Assembly (NCBI GenBank): GCA_951406725.2
Contig: OX597837.1
Location: 17,794,001-17,858,000 of the forward strand
DNA length: 64,000 nt
Reading direction: 5' to 3'
Origin: Octopus vulgaris
Lineage: Eukaryota
The notes beneath the pieces are model-generated. The model was not told where the DNA came from. It was given only the letters and a program-made list of their open reading frames with translations, and ran no database searches. The translations under genes were made by a program, and so were the position numbers. Positions 55,436 to 64,000 of the stretch are shown here, in pieces (position 1 is the stretch's first letter; every line of letters begins with the position of its first letter).

Positions 55436-57260
55436 TTCACTCACTATTTGTTTCCTTAGAGGTGGCTCCATTGGCCACCACTACCTGATTTTGATCTTTT
55501 AGAAAGTCATGTAGCCACTCTCTAAGTTTTCTGACTATACTGAGATCATGCAGTTTGTGACATATATCATGGTTGACTTTATCAAAGGCTTTTGCAAAGT
55601 TAAGATACATCATGCCTACATTTGAGTTGTTGAGCAGCTGCTTTAACACTCAGTTGTAGTACTGTAAGAGCTGTGTCATGCAGCTTCTCCCTGTTGAAAA
55701 CTGTGCTGGGTGTCAATCATCAAGTCATTCTCTTAAAGGAAAGCAATTAGTTTCCTGTGGTCTATTCATTCCATCACTTTGCTGATATGTGAGGTCAGAG
55801 AGATAAGCCTGTAATTTTTAGCATCTGCTCTGCGTCCTCCTTTGTGAATAGCATATATATATTATTCTCTCCTTCAGTTTGCCTGGGAGCTTACCACTTG
55901 TAGGGAAGCTCTGAAAAAGAAGCTGCAGTGGTTTTGCGAGGACTCAGTTACATGTTTCCAGAAGGATTGCTGGGAATCTGTCAGTGTCAGCAGCTACGTT
56001 TATGTTAATCTCATCTTCGGCCAGTATTACATCTTCTTTAATGTTGATGTAATCAATTATTATGTAGTGGCAAAGAACTCCACGGGTTTGTTCACTTGCC
56101 TGTATCCCAAGTGGGTAGTGAAAGCACTTTTGAACTATTTGTTCAGTATTTCACTTATCTTCATTGGGTTTTCTATGAGGGAGCCATCCTTTTGGAAGAA
56201 GAGCCCTATATTGTAGCATACTGAGGCTGTTTGTATGGCTAGTTGAAGAAAGCTTTAAGGCTTAACTTAGTATTTTCTATAACCCAGGTCTCCTTGTCTG
56301 CTATTTCTTTTTCATGGGATCGTTGTAGATTTTTCTTAATCTGCAACACTTATTTTCAGGTGGGACTTTTCACTACATTTGAGATGTTCAGGCAGTTCAC
56401 AATCTTAGTCTGTTGTCTCATAAGTATTTTCCCCTCTCTAGGGATCTTGTTCTCGTGTGTGTTGGCCTTGTGCTCTGTAACAGATTTGTTGCATGTGGCT
56501 TGCGTTATGGGCATGAACAATTTAAGTTTCATGTCAATGTCTTGTGTGGGGAGACATTTAGGCCAATCTTGTTTGAGGATCTCTTTCTGAATCAATTTCC
56601 AGTTTGCTTTATGAGAGTTCAGACTGGAGAGCTTTCAGGTGCTTCGTATTGGCTGTATGTCTCCTGGTGCTTTTGGTCTATACATTGACAGCTTTATGTT
56701 GTAATCCAAGACTAATGTCTATGTCACTTTTACATTATGGATGATATCCATATTGTCTGTGGAGCAGAGATCATCATCATCATCATTATCATCATTTAAC
56801 GTTTTCCATGCTGGCATGGATTGGATAGTTTGATAGGAGCTGGCATGGCTAGGTGCTATACCAGAATCCATAGTCTGTTTTTGCCTGGTTTCTAATGCTG
56901 GATGTCCTTCTTAATTCCAGCCTCTTCACAGAGTGTGCTAAGTGCTCTTTACATGGCACCATAACTTGCCCTGGTTGGTTGGAGCACAATATGCCAACTT
57001 TACCAATGAATGAAGCATTGGTAAAGTTGAGCAAGGACTTCACCTGTTCTTGTTGGCAGCGTGTCATTCCTGAGAGCATTAGGACCTCAGGCCATCCCAT
57101 GTTGGGGAAGTTGAAATCACCCAAAAGGAATACACTGATGTGTTGCTCTAGTTTGATGAACGCTTCTATCTTTGTGAGGCAGTCTTCAAACTTGCCTGTA
57201 TGATTTGGAGCATTTGGCGAGTTATCTGTAATACATATAACAATATCAGTTGTTTTTACA
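55436..57260 (-). mobile_element. Decayed CR1-group LINE (endonuclease to RT), same family as 39960-41803
   Basis: FLLGDFNFP...W (APE endonuclease) and YLNFAKAFDKVNH...W...FLKD..Q.V. Interrupted at ~56770-56970 by an old (GAT)n-tailed RTE-type 3' end. Confidence 0.85.
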
Positions 57261-58179
57261 CACACATTCATAATATGATATGCTTTCATGCAGTTTCCAT
57301 CAATCTGATGCTACATTTGAAGACTCTTGCTCAATGTGCTGCAGACCAAGATGTAACTTAAAGTCAAGTAGTTCTGAATCCAACTTCTAAACTGTTTTAG
57401 TATCCATTCCATCATATTTGCCTCTGTATAAGTTAAATTTACAAGACTTGATTGTTGCAATGAATGGTGTTTTAAAGAAAATGCTAATGTATTCACCAAC
57501 TTTGCATCAAAGAAATCTTATTGGAATTCTTGCTATCTTCCACCATTCTTAAAAACACCTGTTGCTTCTCAACATTATACTAAATTATTGTAATCAATCA
57601 CTGACTTAGCAGCAAGTATTCTCTTGGAGTTTCACAATAGTTCTTTAAATTATGTCTGAATATGGAAATATTGACATATTTTAACTATTTTTAAGTATTA
57701 GAGCAGCTGGCAACAACTGAGTGACATTGAAAGTTATTTGGTAGCAATAATTATTTGTGTAATAAACTGGATTCTTTTATATTGCTTCATCTTTGTTCCT
57801 TCATGTTAACTCTTGGAAAGGCTGTTTGTGTTGCTCTGTATCATCAGGCAGTTTTTGGCATGTTATTTGATGTGATCCACAAATCCATTGTTATAATAGT
57901 ATTATATATCCTACAAACTGGAGGATCACACTGCATATTACTCTGTTTACTCATTGCTTAGTCTCTTTGTATGCCTAAAAGTTTGTAATGGTGCTTTAGT
58001 AGTTTAGGAGATGGTTTTAAATAGAAATTTCTTACATGTTCAGTTTGTTCATTTTTAACGTGTAGGTAGTTTTTGTACTACTTAGAAAACTGTAATAAAC
58101 AGTATCTATCTGCACTCTTAATTCCTCTCTAAATTTATTAGTTTTTTAATTATGCTGACTGCATATCTGTATATGGTTT

Positions 58180-59250
58180 GCATATCTTCCACAAACCATT
58201 CATCCACACCTAGTTTTGTTAGCAAATTCTGGCATAATCTGGCATAAACTCAAACAGTATCTCATCTAAATTAATTCTCATTTTACTTTCATAATTTGTG
58301 TCAGTTTGATGTCCTTATAGAGGATCTCCTGTGCCCTGCTATACAATTCATTAAATATGATTCATCCTTCTACTATGTAAATGACTATGCATAAGTTGGG
58401 ATAGTATGTCTTCTACACTGTCAAATATTTTCAGCCTCACTGTAACTGTTCTTGATAGTCCGGCTACTTTTCCTGTCTTCATATTCTTAACTGTATGCTT
58501 ATCCATATGACTGTTAATTTCAATAGCTGGTCCTTCTTTTGGGTCTACTTGGACCTGGTCCTCTATCTCTAATGCAGTCTTTTTGTTCAACGACCTTTTG
58601 TGGTAATATTTCTCTTTTTTCTAATTGTCAGTGATGGCAAATACATTGTTATCATTCTATATATCTGTTTTGCCAGTGATATCTTGATTTGTGCTGATAT
58701 ATTGCATCCCTGTTTGAAACATCTCTGATCTTCTCATTACAAAATATTACATTCAGCTTTTCTCTGTGTTATATACACTTGATGTCTGACATCTTTCTTA
58801 GCAGCCTGGTATTGCTTCATACTTCTCTTCTAATCTTTCTAGGTTTGTCTTGTAGCCTTTATGGATCTATCTGTTTAACTATTCCACCACCAAGTCATCA
58901 TCTGTCTGTTAGAATCTTGCTCCATCCATACATGTGGTCTGTGGAGTGCAGCAAGTAAAAATTTCTAGTTATCCTCCATAAGTCTGTTTCCTCTCATTTC
59001 CTGTGATACTTGTCAGTTAATATTTCTTTAACCCTACATCTAGCTGGGGACATTTAAACTTCTATTCCTTCTCTAGGTTGTCTTACGTCATAAAGTCCTA
59101 CCTATTACCCTGATATCACTCATCTGTATTGAGTAGCAAATTCTTCACTGGGAAAAAATATTTACAAGCTGTTTTCCTGTTTCCTAATGAAGTATTCCTT
59201 TCTTGCATGTTACCATTCATTCATGTTAGATACTCCCATGTGACCATACT
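58180..59250 (-). mobile_element. Old, heavily decayed RTE LINE fragment
   Basis: EGPAIEINS...VKNMKTGKVAG.S, traces of TWWWN and K.GVDEW; related to the RT-upstream region of RTE LINEs. Confidence 0.6.
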
Positions 59251-60601
59251 ACTACCATGCACAACACTAATATAGTGTTAGTCCTGTTATAGTTTCTTTC
59301 TCATTGTATTTGTTATAACTTATCATTTTGGAGTGGTGTTGTTGGCCGGATACCTTTCCTGTTACTAGCCATTTAACAGCCAGCTTGGAATTGGATGTAT
59401 CTTATAGTACTACCAGTACTAGAGAGGTTGTCTGCCAGCATTAAAATTTCCCCTCTACACAGTATCATATTTTATTTAGAGTTACTGCTCTTCTGGATGG
59501 GTTGCCTTTTTTACAGCTTGTAGAGTTCATATCTCCCTTATGCAGAATTACATTCAGTTACTGCTTTCCTAGTTAGAATGTCTTCATTGTGGTTGAGGAA
59601 CCACCTCTCAAGCCAGTTTAGAAAAGATTTCAGAAGTCTCTTGGATCAGTCTTTCTGCATGAAATATTCTCTCACTTATCTAGAGCTCAACCTTCTAATA
59701 TAGTAAGCAACACCCCACTCTGCAATACTTAAAAACTGAATTACTACTCTCTGTAGTAAATGAATAGTGCATTTCAGTCCTTAAATCTAAGACAACATTC
59801 CCTATACAGACATTGAATGCTGACCTGATAATAGACTTTGATCCATAATCAACTTTGGTATACTGACAGTTTGATTGGTTATTTCTATACCATAGGTTTA
59901 TTGATTAATGTCTTAATTATAATCTTAATTGCTTTCTGCTATTCTCATGGATCTTTTTTCTTTTCTCATTGATTGTTTACATAACCAGTCTCCAGTAGCA
60001 ACTCCCTGTTGTCAGTTTTAGCATTTGTGCAACAAATCACTTTTACAATGTCTTCACCTTTTCAACAACTTCAAGTATTCCTACTCCAGTGTATTCTTGC
60101 TGTATCATGGCTATAAGGTTGCTGAAATTATAGAAGTCTCATAACATGTTATGTTGAAATTTATTGTTCAGTGATCTGTAAAGACAACAAATATTACAGC
60201 ATTATTTCATAATCCAGGTAAAAAAGAAAAGATGAGAAAACTAGTTAGTTGCATGTTGATTCTATAGTACAACGGAAGACTTTCAGAGATACTGTCTTCT
60301 ACTACTAGGTTACACTGTACTCTACAATTTTATACTTTAATCCTTTAATACCTATGTTATCAGTATGCAGAAGAAAAAGAACTTTTCCCTTGCTTTTTTT
60401 ACCCTGCTTATTTAAGAATAAGGAGTATGATATAAAAATGAATCATTTTTGTTTTATATGTATAAGTTATTGAAGTATCGATAATTCTACAACCACGAGA
60501 TATTATTTAGAATTACTTGCATGCAATAATGTTTACTTAAGTGTAAAGAATCCTTAGAATTTGTCTATGTTTTCAATTTTATTTTCTTCCCATTACACTT
60601 A

Positions 60602-60638
<37 letters not shown>

Positions 60639-60716
60639 TTACTGTTAATAAATGCCAGGTGTGTGTTATGTTCCATTACTTAATAGATGAAAAATGCATT
60701 GTAAATAAGTGATAGA

Positions 60717-60892
60717 TAAAAATGTATAGGTATAAGATGCAGAGGGTCCCTAATTCTTCATCAGTTATCAACCAAAATGGTAATGCTCAGTTTTGCATCA
60801 TTAATGATGCAAAACTGAGCATTACCATTTTGGTTGATAACTGATGAAGAACTAGGGACCCTCTGTGTCTTATACATATATATACATTTTTT
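60717..60892. repeat. Spacer-less palindrome centred on TT|AA at 60802/60803
   Basis: 60740-60865 is self-complementary with one mismatch; imperfect pairing extends a further ~25 bp each side. Confidence 0.95.
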
Positions 60893-61339
60893 TCTGTTGT
60901 TACACACACACACACACACACCTTTCTCAGCAAACTAGTGTTACTTCCTGTTGCTATATCTAATAGGCTAATTAAGGTAAAATTATCTTTGAATGACAGG
61001 TATAACTGTTGTTAGTGTTTATACTTCTATGATGACAGACAAGCAGAATATGGAGGAGGTTTTCTTCAATGCACTGCACAGACTGTGTTCCAGTACCAAT
61101 AACCAAAGAGCTAATTGTTCTGGATGATTTTGATGGAGATGGATTACTATTAGACTTGTAGCACTGCTGTTAGGTCATTTCAGAAAAGAAAAAAGAATAT
61201 TGACTGCAACAAAGCAACTTTTACTTGAGATCTACATAAAAAAAATGTTCTAGATTTGACGAATATATAGCTTCCTGATAGTTTGTTTTACAGCTGGCAA
61301 CATCTGTGTAAGTAACAGTGGCATTTGTTGGAATACAGG

Positions 61340-62480
61340 TGTGACACCTTGGGCAAGTGTCTTCTATAGCCTCAGGCCAATCAAAGCCTTGTGAGTGGAT
61401 TCGGTAGATGGAAACTGAAAGAAGCCCATCACATATATATATATATATATGTATGTATATATATATATTCTTTTCCTTTATTCTTTATTCAGTCATTTGA
61501 CTACAGCCATGCTAGTGCACCACCTTAAAGGATATTTTGGTCGAAGAAATTAATCCCAGGACTTATTCTTTGTAAATCTAGTACTTATAATTTATGCTAA
61601 GTTATGGGGATGTAAACACACCAACATTGGTTGTCAAGTGATGATGCGGGGGGACAAACACAAACACGAAGACACACACACATATATATGACAGGTTTCT
61701 CTCAGTTTCCGTCTACCAAATCCACTCAAAGACCCTTTGGTTGGCCCAAGGCTGTATGTAATAGAAGACACTTGCCCAAGGTGCCACGCAGTGGGACTGA
61801 AATGGGAACCATGTGGTTGGGAAGCAAGCTTCTTACCACGCAACCATGCTTATATATGTATACATTTGTGTGTGTGTGTTTTTGTGTTTGTTTCTCCCCC
61901 ACCACTGTGTTGGTGTGTTTACATCCCTGTAATTTAGTGGTTCAGCAAGAAATATTGATAGAAAAAGTACCAAGCTTAACAAAAAACTGGTAAATACTGT
62001 GGCTGATTTAGAAAATTACTATTTTTAAATCTCACAATGAGACACAGATTGTGTCGTATAACCAGCTGGAGATGATGTCTCCTGGGGCTAAGCTACAGCA
62101 ACATTCGTCCTAAACCGGGACTGCCATGTTATGTTGGCAAACTATCTTTACTGGGGTTGATTTGTTCGATAAAAATTTTTCAAGGCAGTGCTCCAACATG
62201 GCCACAAACTAATACAGATAAAAGATTCATAGGAACAGTATTGCAAATGTAAGCTATACATGTACCATGAGGGGATCTCAGTACTTTACTGACTCCATAT
62301 TAAATAAGTACCAGATGCAATTTGTATGAGTGTTGGTGGCAGAATTGCATTTGGTAGACAGAAACTGACAGAAGCCCGTCATATATATGTGTGTGTGTAT
62401 ATATTTATGCATGTGTTTGTCCCCATAACTTAGCAATTCAGCAAAGGAGACTTATAGAATAAGTACTAGACTTACTAAAT
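61340..62480. mobile_element. Cluster of nested/fragmented CORE-type SINEs in both orientations
   Basis: Plus piece 61340-61432, minus copy ~61488-61850, plus pieces ~61870-61990, ~62150-62225 and ~62348-62478. Confidence 0.8.
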
Positions 62481-62869
62481 ATGTGTGTTTATATATCTGG
62501 TTGTGATTTGAAAAATATTTGGTCCCTAGTAGACTGAGCCACTTCTTCATTAGTTTGTTGTAGTAGTTATTGCAGCTCAATTCTATTTGGTCAGCTGTAC
62601 TTGACACAGAGGCAGCTGATCAAATAATTAGTACCAGCATGGAAGTTCAAATGTATATTGTTTAATTTCGTTGTTTTGGTTCCATCATCAGTTTCTCACA
62701 AAATTGCTAGAAAACTCATGCTCATACAAGGTTTGAACTCTGAATGTTTTGGTTTGTGCAAACAAACTCTCTTCAGTTATATCATCATCCTTGGTGAGCT
62801 GAGTTATATGAAGAGTTAAATGTTATATAGAGAAACACAACACATGTGTAAGAATCTCTACTTTGTTGT

Positions 62870-63092
62870 TCATTCTGCTTGAAATAACAGCCAAATCACC
62901 TCAAATCACATTCATTCATTCTAGAAATAGCTACCAGTCTCCTTCAAAGAATCCACTACCATCTTAAAATGGAGAAGACATTATGAATAATGTGATTTTA
63001 GATTGGAGAATAAAAAATGCAATGTTGACAGCTGAAATGCCTTTGATCATAGGATTGTTAAATCAAGGCCAAACTGGGGCTAAACAACAAAT
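62870..63092 (+). mobile_element. 3' part of a third SINE-like family ending GGGGCTAAACAACAA
   Basis: GAAATAACAGCCAAATC...GCCTTTGATCATAGG...CTGGGGCTAAACAAC. Related decayed pieces at ~16965-17150 (minus), ~36455 and ~51940. Confidence 0.55.
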
Positions 63093-63449
63093 GAACATCC
63101 TAAAATGAAACCAGTGAACCAAACAGTGCAATATCTTATGTCTCTTTAGTCATTTTTTTTCTTCTCTAATGATGATTAAATCATAGCAATGATGAAATAA
63201 CCTCATCATCTGTAAGACTAGATGTGCAATAATTCATTCCTAATTATTATTTCTATGGCTGTTTTAGTTTCACTCTTATTAATGTTACAATATTAATGTC
63301 AATATAAACACTCACTCTTAATTCCTTCCCCACTCCACCACAACTTCATTACTCTAAGGCCTCTTAAGAAACTGTCAATTATATTTGCCACTTTATTGGC
63401 TCTCTCTGTCTGTCTGTCTGTCTCTCTCTCTGCATTAACCATTACTACT

Positions 63450-63630
63450 TGTGGTGGATTGGCAGAATTGTTAGAGCATTGAGCAAAATATTTTGTGGTA
63501 TTTAGTTACAGCACTTTACATTCTGATTTGAAATCCTGTGAAGGTATTTGCCTTTCATCCTTCTGAAGTTGATAAAATATGGTACCAGTCAAATATTTGG
63601 GTCAAGATAATGTATTGTTCCCTTTCCACA
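63450..63630 (+). mobile_element. Diverged tRNA-derived SINE copy
   Basis: TGGCAGAATTGTTAGAGC...TTTGCCTTTCATCCTTCTGAAGTTGATAAAAT..GTACCAG. Confidence 0.75.
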
Positions 63631-63794
63631 CAATAAGCAGAATGACCTGTAATGAAGTGGATGGCAACAGGTTTGCTTGGCATTTGTTGTAGTATGCTTG
63701 GAATATGCTCTCAAAAGCAATCAGCAGCAAGGCATTAGCCTGTTTCCCTTATGTAAAGTGTACTGCAAAGTTTGCATATAATGCAATATAATAC

Positions 63795-63842
<48 letters not shown>

Positions 63843-64000
63843 GGTATGTAGAAAAATACAACATGGACAAGAACGGATAACTCTTAGAAGACGATACAAT
63901 AAACACGGACAGGACATTCGAAACCCTCAGTCTTCAGTCAAGAACCGGATCATCGTAGTAATTTCGGCTGATTAATCTTGAGATTACTAGATCACGGCCA

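Noticed and set aside
52400-55436. LTRs, PBS or PPT for the Gypsy element
   Set aside because: No direct-repeat pair found by eye; the 3' side is cut by the CR1-group LINE.
60835-60870. CTGATGA in the palindrome as a hammerhead ribozyme
   Set aside because: No stem II followed by GAAA at the required spacing.

Overview
AT-rich eukaryotic DNA with no recognisable host protein-coding gene. The SINE and LINE families resemble those of octopus (coleoid cephalopod) genomes; this is pattern recognition, not a search result. The window is almost entirely transposable-element debris and kb-scale (TA)n/(TATG)n arrays, and the long Tyr/Ile-rich ORFs in the track are microsatellite artefacts. Elements seen: a head-to-tail array of (ATT)n-tailed tRNA-derived SINEs, CORE-type SINEs, young and old RTE and CR1-group LINEs, a mariner nested in a mariner, Helitrons (a RepHel remnant with 23-aa STPR-like repeats, an internal RepHel fragment and non-autonomous copies), a decayed Ty3/Gypsy element, and several foldback or palindromic structures. 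The most notable item is a decayed minus-strand Transib/RAG1-like transposase (42805-44534). It has Transib-type core motifs but also a C-terminal CxxCxxxGH motif like the C-terminal tail of invertebrate RAG1L, and no RAG2-like partner is visible. A degenerate minimal hammerhead ribozyme in a probable Penelope-type fragment lies at about 35.9 kb. Boundaries of old elements are approximate and were read by eye.
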